Below are positions 30,221 to 40,292 of a DNA stretch of 64,000 bases, piece by piece. Each line of letters begins with the position of its first letter. The stretch's first letter is position 1. The position numbers and the translations under genes are program-made. Source of the stretch: Candidatus Babeliales bacterium (GTDB lineage Bacteria; Babelota; Babeliae; Babelales; JBFXEV01); contig JBFXEV010000001.1 in assembly GCA_050179755.1 (NCBI GenBank), positions 1,385,994 through 1,449,993 on the forward strand, read 5' to 3'. The notes under the pieces are model-generated. The model saw nothing but the letters and a program-made list of their open reading frames with translations, was not told the DNA's origin and searched no databases.

Positions 30221-30608
30221 CCCCGATTACCTTAATGCTGTCTATAACTTTGATGAGCGTATCACAGGAATTGGTCTTATCAATATTTATCCATACGCGT
30301 TGTTCATCTTGAGTGCCCGAGTTTGCCAAATATGTTTTAACTTGTGTGCCTACTTGATCAAGCGTTACCGGAAGATTATTAAAAAATACATTTTCATCTT
30401 TATCAATAGCCACGACTAAGCGCATTGGTTCTTTACCACCTTCTTGCGCTTGACCATGTGGTAAATCAACGCGTATTGCATTATTAATCATGGGAGTCGT
30501 CACCATAAAAATAATGAGTAACGTTAAGGCTGTATCAATTAAGGGTGTTAAAGTAATTTCTGGTGGCGTATAGCCACTACGCGACTTACGTCTTCTCATT
30601 CTACGCAT
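30180..30608 (-). CDS. tolR: TolR/ExbD
   Basis: ITLTPLIDTALTLLIIFMVTTP. Confidence 0.88.
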   Translation of the reverse strand: MRRMRRRKSRSGYTPPEITLTPLIDTALTLLIIFMVTTPMINNAIRVDLPHGQAQEGGKEPMRLVVAIDKDENVFFNNLPVTLDQVGTQVKTYLANSGTQDEQRVWINIDKTNSCDTLIKVIDSIKVIGGVKDVAVATRKTA

Positions 30609-30620
30609 GCGCTACTCCTT

Positions 30621-31310
30621 TTATTTATTGCCAAATACTACGTTGACCAACCAAAAATATTTATCTGCAAGACGCACGTACTGCTGCTCAGCTTCGTGCA
30701 CATGTGATTGTAAGTAATGATAAGCTGCAAGCGCAGGAATTGCCACAATTAAACCAACGAGCGTTGTAATTAACGCTTCAGCAATACCCGGTGCAACCGT
30801 TACAATATCGGCAGTTTGTTTTTGTGAAATACTCACAAAAGCATGCACCAACCCCCATACGGTACCAAATAATCCAAGTAATGGTGAAATAGAAGCACTT
30901 GCAAATAAAATAGGTAACATCGACTGCTCTATGCCAATCATTTCATCAAGCGTTTGATCAAGATGATCTTGAATATGAGCAAGATCGCGCTCAGTGAGCA
31001 CTTGCCCCTCTTTTTTTGTTTCCAAAATTGATTTTAAAAAAGAAATATTCTGGGCGAGAAAATATCCTGGCACCGTATCGGCAAATTGCCCGGACACAAT
31101 GCGCAAATCTTCAAATGTCTTTACTTCTTTAAGACGCGATTGCATTTTTTGCATGTCTCGTTTTTTAATTCTATAGAGTACCACCTTATAAAGCACTACC
31201 GCCCAACAGGTAATAGACATCACCAAAAGTATGAGCAAGACCAATTTGGTCATATAATCTGATTGCGCAATCAATTGCCATAACACGTTACCAAACATGC
31301 TTGTTTCCAT
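30621..31310 (-). CDS. tolQ: TolQ/ExbB proton channel
   Basis: SPLLGLFGTVWG…VAPGIAEALITT..GL.VAIPA. Confidence 0.9.
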   Translation of the reverse strand: METSMFGNVLWQLIAQSDYMTKLVLLILLVMSITCWAVVLYKVVLYRIKKRDMQKMQSRLKEVKTFEDLRIVSGQFADTVPGYFLAQNISFLKSILETKKEGQVLTERDLAHIQDHLDQTLDEMIGIEQSMLPILFASASISPLLGLFGTVWGLVHAFVSISQKQTADIVTVAPGIAEALITTLVGLIVAIPALAAYHYLQSHVHEAEQQYVRLADKYFWLVNVVFGNK

Positions 31311-31482
31311 GATCTCAATTCCTTAATTTATTTTCGTAATCACTATCCTCTAGAGCATGGTACTAGTATACCGCGCAAATCATAGAAACAACAAGTATTT
31401 TACTCAATCCATTTACCTTGTAAGCACAGTTACTTTATGCTAAGACTAAGAACTAAAATTACTCTTGATTAAAGGATTACTA

Positions 31483-32622
31483 ATGAACTCAAAACTTATT
31501 AAACAGCTGTTGCTGTATTCATCGCCCATTCTTGTGTATGTTGTATTCTCATACGCGCAGCCCTTAATACAAACAGGACAACCTGAAGCCCCTTCTGTTA
31601 ACATTATTCAATACCCTCAAAGCGGACCGCAAGCACGTGGCGATTCAGGCTACATTGCAGCATATTATGCATTGCAAAAATTAGGTGTCAATGTTGCCCA
31701 AGATCGTCAATCGTTCTTCCTAACAAGTAAAAATGCCATTAAGAAAAAACGCCTGCTAGAGGCCACTGAAGCACGCATTCGCAGTGACTTGCAAGATTTT
31801 ATAGAAAAAAAACCTACTCCTACCGTTTCACCTGTACCAGGAATTTCACCGCAAGATTTTAAAGAAATTATTCTCAGCGTAATTCCGGATATTGCCAAAG
31901 TAGCAGCCGCTGAATTTATGCGCGTGAACTTTGATGATAAATCTGGAACCCTGGGCGATCGCAAACTAGAAATCAGTGGAGCTCAATTATTTAAAGACAT
32001 AGCTCAATTTTTAAGCATGAACGAGTCACGTTACAAAACTAACTATAAAATTACCTGGTCTATGCTTGCGCCTGATGTTACCAAAGATAATTACCAGGCC
32101 TTAAAAGATTTCACGGGTTTGCGTGACGTAAGCGAACTTGAAGTACTTAAAAAAGAAGTGCTTGAAACACTGCATACTAAATACCCTCACCAAGAAGGCA
32201 CACAAGCAGACGCAGAAGCCTCAGGTGCTTGGCTTAGCGCACAAGAGCTTGCTTCACTCATCATTGCAAACACTAAAGATGTAGAAAAAGTTATGATTCT
32301 TTCTGATCTAGGCCTGTTAAAGCAACAAGCTCCTGAATCTGCCTACGCCAAAGCGCCAGAGGACAAAGGCGCTGATCGCACGCGCGAAATTATTCAGATC
32401 TTTGATAATATTAAACGGAAAATGGCACAAGTAGATCAAGGCACACAAACATTTATTATTGATAAAAATTACGTCCGCGGCAGACCGGATCAACCGCACA
32501 TATGGGTACCCGTCATTATAAATAAGCAAGGTGGCCAACTGCGGCTTGCGCTTATTGACCCAGAAAACCTCATAACGCAAGATAATGAAAACTTACAAAT
32601 TTTACTTAAGCATCTTACGTAG
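31483..32622 (+). CDS. Exported hypothetical protein
   Basis: AAAGGA RBS, signal-like N-terminus, long ORF with no recognised family. Confidence 0.7.
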   Translation: MNSKLIKQLLLYSSPILVYVVFSYAQPLIQTGQPEAPSVNIIQYPQSGPQARGDSGYIAAYYALQKLGVNVAQDRQSFFLTSKNAIKKKRLLEATEARIRSDLQDFIEKKPTPTVSPVPGISPQDFKEIILSVIPDIAKVAAAEFMRVNFDDKSGTLGDRKLEISGAQLFKDIAQFLSMNESRYKTNYKITWSMLAPDVTKDNYQALKDFTGLRDVSELEVLKKEVLETLHTKYPHQEGTQADAEASGAWLSAQELASLIIANTKDVEKVMILSDLGLLKQQAPESAYAKAPEDKGADRTREIIQIFDNIKRKMAQVDQGTQTFIIDKNYVRGRPDQPHIWVPVIINKQGGQLRLALIDPENLITQDNENLQILLKHLT

Positions 32623-34014
32623 AACCATTTGTTTAAGTTCTTCTTTATTCGTTATACCATGTTGAAGTTGTAAATGATAAGCAAATTTTACATATGCACC
32701 AAGTTGAGGGCCAGGAGCTACAACGTCAATAAAATCGCGCCCATATAAAATCGGTGCTTCAACTTTGTGCATAACTTGCGCTTTTTCAGCTTGCGCCAAA
32801 AATGTATGCACTACATCAGGAATACAGGTAAGAGGCTTAGGCCCATGTGGATTTCTGCCCTGTCTATCTGCTGTTGCAAGCTTTGCAAGCATACACAACG
32901 TTACCTGTGGAGCAAGCTTGAGTGCAAGTCGCTTGTATGCAGATAGTTTTGCACCATTATCTACAAACTGCAAGGGATGCATATGATATGCTACTAATTT
33001 CTGTACTGAAGTCAGTAAGTCAGCATCACGCGTAATTCTTTTTAATAATTTTGTTGCAAGCCGCTTACTCACGAGCGCATGGCCATGACTTTTAATAACA
33101 CCTTCAATTTTTTGTGTTGTTGATACTTTGCCAAGATCGTGACATAATGCCGCATACATAAGAATCAATTTTTCGCGATCAGAATCATATGATAACGCAG
33201 CCGCTGCATCAAGTGCTTGTTTAGTGTGTTCATATACGTCACCCTCAGGGTGCCACTGCGGCTCCTGCGCAATACCTTTGAGTGCGGCAACTTCTGGAAA
33301 GATCTCTTTTAACCTGCCAATCTTATCAAGCCAATCAAGTGCAAGCGAAGGCCGTTTTGACTTAAGAAGCCACTTTGTGCATTCTTCTTCTATGCGTTCA
33401 CGAGAAACGCCTGAAATATCCATACGCGCGCACAGCTTATTCAATTGATCATCTGGTTGCATCTGAAACCGTGCAACAAATTGCATCACTCTAAAAAAAC
33501 GCAAGGGATCTTCGATAAATAACTGCGGATCAGTGACGCGCAATCTTTTTTGTGCAAGGTCGTGCTGACCATCAAAGGGATCTACTAATTCAAGTGTATG
33601 CAAATCTATACCCATTGCATTCATAGTAACATCACGCCGCTTGAAAGCAGTGCGAGCGTCCATGTGCGGATCTACCGTAACCATTGGTTTACGGCCCGAA
33701 GAATCGGAACGTGGCAGCGACCAATCCACGTCAATGCCGTGTACACGAATCACGCCAAAACTTTTTCCTACCGTGCTAATAGGACCAAATTTTTTAAGAA
33801 CAGATTCAAGCGCTTCCAGCGAAAGATTATGCACTTCAATATCTAAATCCTTAGGGATAATGCCAATCAGTAGATCGCGAACCGCACCACCGACCAAGAA
33901 AACTTGGCCCCCGGCTTTATGCAAAGCCTCAGCAATAGTTACCACCTGGGGATATTTTTCTAATGTTTTTTGCAAACAATTTTGTACAGTGATATCAATT
34001 TTTGTATACTGCAT
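32602..34014 (-). CDS. cca: CCA tRNA nucleotidyltransferase with HD domain
   Basis: LVGGAVRD..IG..PKDLDIEV, RRDVTMNAM, EDPLR, HPEGDVYEHT, LCHDLGK; GAGG RBS before ATG 34014. Confidence 0.9.
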   Translation of the reverse strand: MQYTKIDITVQNCLQKTLEKYPQVVTIAEALHKAGGQVFLVGGAVRDLLIGIIPKDLDIEVHNLSLEALESVLKKFGPISTVGKSFGVIRVHGIDVDWSLPRSDSSGRKPMVTVDPHMDARTAFKRRDVTMNAMGIDLHTLELVDPFDGQHDLAQKRLRVTDPQLFIEDPLRFFRVMQFVARFQMQPDDQLNKLCARMDISGVSRERIEEECTKWLLKSKRPSLALDWLDKIGRLKEIFPEVAALKGIAQEPQWHPEGDVYEHTKQALDAAAALSYDSDREKLILMYAALCHDLGKVSTTQKIEGVIKSHGHALVSKRLATKLLKRITRDADLLTSVQKLVAYHMHPLQFVDNGAKLSAYKRLALKLAPQVTLCMLAKLATADRQGRNPHGPKPLTCIPDVVHTFLAQAEKAQVMHKVEAPILYGRDFIDVVAPGPQLGAYVKFAYHLQLQHGITNKEELKQMVLRKMLK

Positions 34015-34057
34015 ACATACCTCAATTAACTTAATGAGCTTCAAAGGACAATTACCT

Positions 34058-34861
34058 ATGCATATTACACACAAACACTATATAGGTTGCGTGCTTGCAC
34101 TCGCACTGATTTCAACATCCTGCTATGCAATTTCATTATCATCGGTAAGTTCTTGGTTCTCAACATGGCAAGAAGAAACTTTTTTCCAAGAGGCAACTAT
34201 TGGTCTTAACGCCACCTTAGAACTTACTAATATCTCAGGACCTATAACTATTAAAACGTGGTCTGTTCCAAAAATAGTTATAGAAGCCACCAAGTCTGCT
34301 AAAGAAAAAGATCTTGCAACCATTTCTATTGTAACCGATATCAATGAACAACATGCTCGTATTACAACAGTATATCATGAGAAAGGAATCAATGGATCAG
34401 TCAGTTATGAACTCATGATACCGGAGCTTACCAATGTAACATTACATACAGATGAAGGTACCATTAAACTAAAAAAAGTGCATGGTACTATTTCAGTGCG
34501 CACCAATTCAGGCAACATAGATATAGAAGATGCTACTCGTTCACTTGACGCGCACGCAGCATATGGCAACATCACTGCCTCATACAGCCACGTGCCATTA
34601 AATTCCCACCTGCAAGTTACTACTGAAAATGGCAACATCACCCTTGCCTTACCAAAACAAACTCATGCCCGTGTAATTGCAAAAACGCATAAAGGCACTA
34701 TTACTTCTGAACAGTCGGTGACAATTGCTCCTCAAACAGTAAAACTAGATAGAAATTACTGGAAGCGTGTGCGCACCGAACTTACCGGACTACTCGGTAA
34801 TGGTGGTGCACATATAGAATTAACAGCGCAGTACGGAAACATACAAATAGTTGAACATTGA
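34058..34861 (+). CDS. DUF4097/adhesin-like beta-strand repeat exported protein
   Basis: Signal peptide MHITHKHYIGCVLALAL…; repeated T.xG.I motifs (TNISGPI, TDEGTI, TNSGNI, TENGNI, THKGTI). Confidence 0.8.
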   Translation: MHITHKHYIGCVLALALISTSCYAISLSSVSSWFSTWQEETFFQEATIGLNATLELTNISGPITIKTWSVPKIVIEATKSAKEKDLATISIVTDINEQHARITTVYHEKGINGSVSYELMIPELTNVTLHTDEGTIKLKKVHGTISVRTNSGNIDIEDATRSLDAHAAYGNITASYSHVPLNSHLQVTTENGNITLALPKQTHARVIAKTHKGTITSEQSVTIAPQTVKLDRNYWKRVRTELTGLLGNGGAHIELTAQYGNIQIVEH

Positions 34862-36129
34862 CACTCACACGGCCTAAAGGCCAGTGGATTCTTGCTTCAC
34901 CGAGTTAGCTAATGCTAAGCTCTCCACAAGCTTTAAAAGCGGAAAGTCCTGCCGCTCTAATATTTAGACTCGCGTTTAAATCTCTGTCTAATTGCAAGCC
35001 ACAGTTACCGCATGTGTACACTCGTGTTTGCAAAGAAATATTTTGTACATTGCCACATGATGAACATTGTTTTGAGGAAGGTAGAAATCTCCCTACTTTA
35101 ACAAAATTCTTACCAAGCCATATACATTTATATTCAAGATAATTAACAAATCCACACCAACCAGCGTCAGCTATTGCGCGAGAGAGGCGCCTATTAAGCA
35201 CCATTCCTTTAATGTTTAAATTTTCAACTGCTACTACGCCGTGGTTCTTGGCAATATTTGTAGATAGCTTATGGTGAAAATCTTTACGTATGTTTTTAAT
35301 TAGCCTATGTACTTTCGCTACTTTTACTGCTATCTTTTTCTGATTATTGCTGCCTTTTTTCTTATGAGCATAATGACGTTGCAAAAATGCTAACTTCTTT
35401 AGGTAGGTATTTAATATCTTCTGATTTTCAATTACTTGGCCATCAGAAAGATATGCAAAATTTTTAATACCAAGATCAATGCCTATCGCCTTCTTTTCAG
35501 ATACAGAAACTTTTTGTATATCAATTTCTATTTCGCAAACAATATGGATATTCCAGTGTTTACCTTCTCTCTTAATCGTAGCTTGTTTTATTATTCCCTC
35601 AATTAGCCGGGAATCTCTATATGCAACCCAACCAATTTTAGGTAAATATACTTTAGCATTTCCACACGAAACACCTTGCGGATAACGAAATGAATCATTG
35701 TCCCCTTTCTTCTTGAAGCGAGGAAATCCTGGTTTTTCTTTATTCTTTAATCGTCTAAAGAAATGTTTAAATGCGCTTTCAAGATTCTTCAATGAGTGTT
35801 GCAATACTTGTGAATGAATTTCTTTAAGCCAGGCTGTTTCAGTTGATCTTTTTAGATAAGGAAGTTTATTTGCTATATCAGTATAAGTTGGCACTTTTTG
35901 CTTACCTTCCATAGCTTCTTTTATAAGAGCAAGCCCATAGTTAAATATATAGCGTGTAGAGCCAGCAAATTTTGCAAACAAAATTAATTGCTCTTTAGTA
36001 GGTTTTAATCGAAAACTGAATGTCTTTTGAATCATTTTCATGGTAGACTAATTATACCATTTTATGTGTTTTTTAAAAGGACTCGCCTTACATCCCGCAG
36101 CTAAAGCAGCGGGTTTTTCGGCTCATGTA
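34858..36129 (-). mobile_element. IS200/IS605-family element, tnpB only (IS1341-like)
   Basis: Left end TTAT|…AAAA-CCCGCTGC-TTTA-GCTGCGGG hairpin; right end GAAT-CCACTGGCC-TTTA-GGCCGTG…TCAA. Confidence 0.85.
34905..36041 (-). CDS. tnpB: RNA-guided endonuclease TnpB
   Basis: FSFRLKPT HTH, PGFPRFKKK, RuvC D (GIDLG), E (VENL), D (DRDLNAS), CxxC…CxxC. Confidence 0.95.
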   Translation of the reverse strand: MKMIQKTFSFRLKPTKEQLILFAKFAGSTRYIFNYGLALIKEAMEGKQKVPTYTDIANKLPYLKRSTETAWLKEIHSQVLQHSLKNLESAFKHFFRRLKNKEKPGFPRFKKKGDNDSFRYPQGVSCGNAKVYLPKIGWVAYRDSRLIEGIIKQATIKREGKHWNIHIVCEIEIDIQKVSVSEKKAIGIDLGIKNFAYLSDGQVIENQKILNTYLKKLAFLQRHYAHKKKGSNNQKKIAVKVAKVHRLIKNIRKDFHHKLSTNIAKNHGVVAVENLNIKGMVLNRRLSRAIADAGWCGFVNYLEYKCIWLGKNFVKVGRFLPSSKQCSSCGNVQNISLQTRVYTCGNCGLQLDRDLNASLNIRAAGLSAFKACGELSIS

Positions 36130-36148
36130 ATAATTAAAAAGGAACCCG

Positions 36149-37924
36149 ATGAAACAAAAACTCTTACTTGCTCTAGTATTCTTTTTAGCATTCAGTAACC
36201 TTTCACTGGCAACGATGACTTCTCTCATCAAACACAATGATGAAACCACGAGTGAAATATTACTCAATTTTGATAATGCTCCTGATGAAAAATTATTTAA
36301 AGAGTCATTAGTTATTACCGCAGATCATCCAGAGATTACAATTTCTAAACCAAGCTCAAATCGTGAGTTGCAACAATGGTCTGGTAAAAAAGTAAATGAT
36401 ACGCAGCGAGGTTGGCAAGGGCCAGTTACGCTCACACTGCAGGCTACGCGTCCATCTGAAAAACAAATTACTACTGCTCATCTGCATGTAAGTTATGCCA
36501 CCAACAAACATCCGCAACCATATGAGCATATTATACCCCTTACCTTTCTTTCTCAAAGCAAGCCTACTTTTGATGAAAGCCAAGCTGCTGCAACGGTGCA
36601 AAAACCTGAAATTGCCAACAAATCCGTAACAGATCAATCTAGTATTAAAAAAAAATCAGCATGGTTTGACGTTTCAAGTTATATAAAAGGGCTAGTAAAA
36701 TCTACCGAATCGCCTTGGATACGGTTACTTCTTGTTTTCTTACTCGGCATTCTTATGAGTTTAACACCATGCATTTACCCCATGATTCCGATTACCGTAG
36801 GGATTTTGCAATCACAAGCTGGCGATTCAACAGGAAGTAATGCGTTGCGAGCACTCCTTTATACTTTTGGCATGGGTAGTACGTATGCACTCTTTGGTTT
36901 ACTTGCAAGTTGCACCGGGCCGTTGTGTGGCTATATGTTCTCGCAACCTATTTTTGTTATTGCTCTTGCCGCTTTACTTATGTATTTTGGCTTATGCATG
37001 TTTGGTTTTATTGATATGTATATACCGCGACTTTTACAAACACAGCGCAGCAATCATGGCGGGGGTTCACTACTTGCAGCTTTTTTATTTGGCATGGCAA
37101 GTGGCACGTTAGCCTCTCCCTGCGTATCACCCGGACTTGCTCTTATATTAAGCATTGTAGCAACTCTTGGTAGTAAGCTCATGGGGTTTGCGCTTCTTTT
37201 TGCATTTGGCGTGGGCTTGAGTATGCCTCTTTTAATTGTAGGGCTTTCTGCAGGATCATTGCATTTATTACCACGAGCTGGCATGTGGATGGTTGAGATT
37301 AAAAAGCTCTTTGGTTTTTTATTATTTGGATTAAGCTTCTATTACTTAAGCGCTATTATGCCACACGAACTATTATATGCGCTTATTGCACTTTTCTTAT
37401 GTGCCATGGGTCTTTATTATATACATAGCTCGTGTAAATCGGTAATCCCGTTTTGGAAAAAGTGCAATGCATTTCTTGGCATAGCGTTAGTTGCATGCTC
37501 TATTGCCGTTGCTGCACAAGCGATTCAAGCACATTTTTTTCACGAACAGGAAACGAATCATATTGATATTTGGCTAACTGATTATCAAGAGGCGCGTGAA
37601 CGTGCAATCCGTGAGCACAAATTACTTTTTATTGATGTATGGGCAGACTTTTGCTCAATCTGTATTACAATTAATAAAACATTATTAAAAGATACACGCG
37701 TGGAAGAAGTATTAAGCACTCAGTTTGTGCCATTAAAAATTAATGGTACACAACCTTCTGGTGAGCCGTATGCTACTATTCATAAACAATTTACTATTAC
37801 CGGATTTCCAACATATATGATTGTGGAGCCAGAAACACTTACTGTTATAAAACGCTGGGATAGCAAAATATATAACATGGATCCTTTGTTGTTTATTACG
37901 AAATTGCAAAAAAGACTACGCTAA
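36149..37924 (+). CDS. dsbD: Thiol:disulfide interchange protein DsbD
   Basis: LTPCIYPMIP, ASPCVSP, PRAGMWM..IK, thioredoxin WADFCSIC. Confidence 0.88.
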   Translation: MKQKLLLALVFFLAFSNLSLATMTSLIKHNDETTSEILLNFDNAPDEKLFKESLVITADHPEITISKPSSNRELQQWSGKKVNDTQRGWQGPVTLTLQATRPSEKQITTAHLHVSYATNKHPQPYEHIIPLTFLSQSKPTFDESQAAATVQKPEIANKSVTDQSSIKKKSAWFDVSSYIKGLVKSTESPWIRLLLVFLLGILMSLTPCIYPMIPITVGILQSQAGDSTGSNALRALLYTFGMGSTYALFGLLASCTGPLCGYMFSQPIFVIALAALLMYFGLCMFGFIDMYIPRLLQTQRSNHGGGSLLAAFLFGMASGTLASPCVSPGLALILSIVATLGSKLMGFALLFAFGVGLSMPLLIVGLSAGSLHLLPRAGMWMVEIKKLFGFLLFGLSFYYLSAIMPHELLYALIALFLCAMGLYYIHSSCKSVIPFWKKCNAFLGIALVACSIAVAAQAIQAHFFHEQETNHIDIWLTDYQEARERAIREHKLLFIDVWADFCSICITINKTLLKDTRVEEVLSTQFVPLKINGTQPSGEPYATIHKQFTITGFPTYMIVEPETLTVIKRWDSKIYNMDPLLFITKLQKRLR

Positions 37925-37928
37925 AAAA

Positions 37929-37974
37929 TTAAGCCCGTTTGCTCTTTCAAAAAAGTTTGAGCAAACGGGCTTAA
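37929..37974. terminator. Bidirectional terminator
   Basis: 16-bp perfect stem TTAAGCCCGTTTGCTC/GAGCAAACGGGCTTAA. Confidence 0.8.
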
Positions 37975-37991
37975 ATGTTACATAAAATCTA

Positions 37992-38141
37992 TTATGGTAC
38001 TCTACGCCCTTGAATAAGATTTACTAATATCATAATAAGTGCAATTACCAGTAAAATATGGATGAACCCACCCATAGTATAGCTACTTACAAATCCAAGT
38101 AGCCATAAAATAATTAAAATGACTGCTAACGTGTATAACAT
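37992..38141 (-). CDS. lmo0937-family (DUF5670) small membrane protein, absent from the ORF track
   Basis: MLYTLAVILIILWLLGFVSSYTMGGFIHILLVIALIMILVNLIQGRRVP*; GGGAG RBS. Confidence 0.88.
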   Translation of the reverse strand: MLYTLAVILIILWLLGFVSSYTMGGFIHILLVIALIMILVNLIQGRRVP

Positions 38142-38206
38142 ATTACTCCCTTTGAGCTTCATACGCTCATGTTACTGGAAGATGTTTTATTAACCACCAC
38201 GGCAAA

Positions 38207-38539
38207 TTACGCACCTTTATATACATCTTTTTTCTTTTCTTCATCGATTCTTTTTCTTTTTGCTTCACAAAGCTCATTATACATAACGTCAATCACGCGA
38301 TCAATAACATCATATATCTTTGGGCCTTTATAATTTGAAACTAAATCATAATTTGGTGTTTTAACGCGTACTTCTACACTATTGTCATTGTGAATTCTAG
38401 TCCCGTCTAAAACAACATCAAGAAATCGTGGATCTCTTTCGTGACTTAAAAATTCTTCAACTTTGGCAAGCTGTTGATTTACATAATCTTCCATAGGTGC
38501 CGAATGCTCCATCCCCCGGAACGTAATACGTTTATGCAT
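38207..38539 (-). CDS. hpf: Ribosome hibernation factor HPF/RaiA
   Basis: ITFRGMEHS..MEDYV..QLAKV…IY.VID…L…K fold pattern. Confidence 0.8.
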   Translation of the reverse strand: MHKRITFRGMEHSAPMEDYVNQQLAKVEEFLSHERDPRFLDVVLDGTRIHNDNSVEVRVKTPNYDLVSNYKGPKIYDVIDRVIDVMYNELCEAKRKRIDEEKKKDVYKGA

Positions 38540-38569
38540 ATTAAATCCTTCTCATTTATAATAACTGCA

Positions 38570-38878
38570 TTAACTTACTTTTCGCTTACTTTCTGCCTCC
38601 GCTTTCTCAAGCAATTGATACATAACATCAATTACATAATCAAGTTCTTCTTTAATATCAATCCCATGACGAGACATAAGTAAAGTATGCTTATGAGTTT
38701 TTAGATCAAATTTAACCGTGTAATCGGCGCTCGTTTTATCAATAGTAAATTCAGCTTTAATAAAACGATTACGAGGATCTTCTTTCAACAATGCTTCTAC
38801 TGCTTGAAGCCGTTTATAAACATGATCTACCAATTCAATAGAAAGCTCTATTCCTTTAAAATTAATATCTGTCTTCAT
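38570..38878 (-). CDS. Divergent HPF/RaiA-like paralog
   Basis: INFKGIELS.ELVDHV.KRL..VE…DPR…VIDVMY aligns with the neighbour. Confidence 0.65.
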   Translation of the reverse strand: MKTDINFKGIELSIELVDHVYKRLQAVEALLKEDPRNRFIKAEFTIDKTSADYTVKFDLKTHKHTLLMSRHGIDIKEELDYVIDVMYQLLEKAEAESKRKVS

Positions 38879-38963
38879 AATGCTCACCATCTGTTTGTAA
38901 ATCAAGTTAGTATATCTAGCATTGGATAGTCTACACTAAAATATATAGATAAGGCAAAAAGTG

Positions 38964-40292
38964 CTATCTGGGTCGGCGTTTTTTAGTGCGAGCAAGTAAT
39001 ACAAGAGGCACGCCAAGAAGATCATAATACTTACGCAAAATGTTTTCTATAAAAGCCAATTGGCTATCACCAAACCATTCAGCATGATTAACCTTAAGCA
39101 CTAATGTTGGTGGGCCTGCTTTAACTTGTTTTATCGAGTGAAAGACTAACATTTCACCTTTATGATAATGCGGTCGGTGCGCAAAGGCTTCTTTTAATAA
39201 TTCATTAAGCTCGCGCTCATCAAATTTTTGCGTATAACGCTCCCAGACTTTTTTAACAAGAGGCATAATTTTGCCAATATTTTTTCCGGTCTTACATGAA
39301 ATAGTAAGTACAGGAATCTTCTTAAGCAAATATTCGTGCAATTCAAAATCATTTTCAAGCGTTGCTTGATGGCCTTCATCCATGAGATCCTCTTTATTAA
39401 TAAGAAGAATCAAACATTTTTGTTCTTGCAAAACGTGAAATGCCAGCTTACGCTCTTGGTCACTTAACGTGCCCTCGCTTCCATCAATCATTAAAAGTAC
39501 AATATCACTATTTTCAACCGCACGAAACGTACTTTTGACCATCAATGATTCAAGTGTTTCATCAACGCGTCTTTTCCTACGCACGCCAGGCGTATCAGTG
39601 AGCGCAATAGTGTCTTTATAAAATGAGAAAGGCTCTGTTATTGCTTCTCGTGTGGTTCCTGGCATATCAGCAACAATAGAACGCTCTTGCTCAAGCAGCA
39701 AATTCATAAGCGATGATTTGCCCACATTTGGCTTACCAAGTAATGCAACACGATATGCTGGCTTTTCTTCTTTATGCTTAAATGTTTTACCACGTAATTT
39801 ATCGGCAATGCTTTCTAAAAGCTCCCCAATCCCAATACTATGTTCAGCTGATAGAGGGCACACGTCTTTAAATCCAAATTGAGCAAATTCGTGTTCATGT
39901 TCACGTGCAATTTTAGTATCAATTTTGTTAATCACTAAAATTACTTGCTTTCCTAATTTGTGAAGTAATTTTGCAATTTGAGCATCTTGCTGCACCAGGC
40001 CTACGGTACCATCTACTACAAACAGAACAATGTCCGCACTCGCTATGAGATTTTGGGCTATTTGCTGCACTTTCTGATCCATTTGATCAGATGTTTTTTT
40101 CAATTCTATACCGCCACTATCAATTAATTGGAATGCTGTATCTTGCCAACTGACAATATCAGACAAAAAATCGCGTGTTACGCCTTCATAATCAAGCGTA
40201 ATGCTTTTTACATTTTCAGATAAGCGATTAAATAGCGTAGATTTCCCCACGTTTTTACGCCCTGCCAGTACAACCTTTGCATAATTACTCAT
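38964..40292 (-). CDS. der: Ribosome biogenesis GTPase Der (EngA)
   Basis: Two G domains (GRKNVGKST, GKPNVGKSS), NKID/NKED, KH-like C-terminus. Confidence 0.95.
   Translation of the reverse strand: MSNYAKVVLAGRKNVGKSTLFNRLSENVKSITLDYEGVTRDFLSDIVSWQDTAFQLIDSGGIELKKTSDQMDQKVQQIAQNLIASADIVLFVVDGTVGLVQQDAQIAKLLHKLGKQVILVINKIDTKIAREHEHEFAQFGFKDVCPLSAEHSIGIGELLESIADKLRGKTFKHKEEKPAYRVALLGKPNVGKSSLMNLLLEQERSIVADMPGTTREAITEPFSFYKDTIALTDTPGVRRKRRVDETLESLMVKSTFRAVENSDIVLLMIDGSEGTLSDQERKLAFHVLQEQKCLILLINKEDLMDEGHQATLENDFELHEYLLKKIPVLTISCKTGKNIGKIMPLVKKVWERYTQKFDERELNELLKEAFAHRPHYHKGEMLVFHSIKQVKAGPPTLVLKVNHAEWFGDSQLAFIENILRKYYDLLGVPLVLLARTKKRRPR

Noticed and set aside
33641..34057. Long N-terminal extension of ORF 33641-34861
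   Set aside because: It is the antisense shadow of cca; the signal peptide starts at ATG 34058
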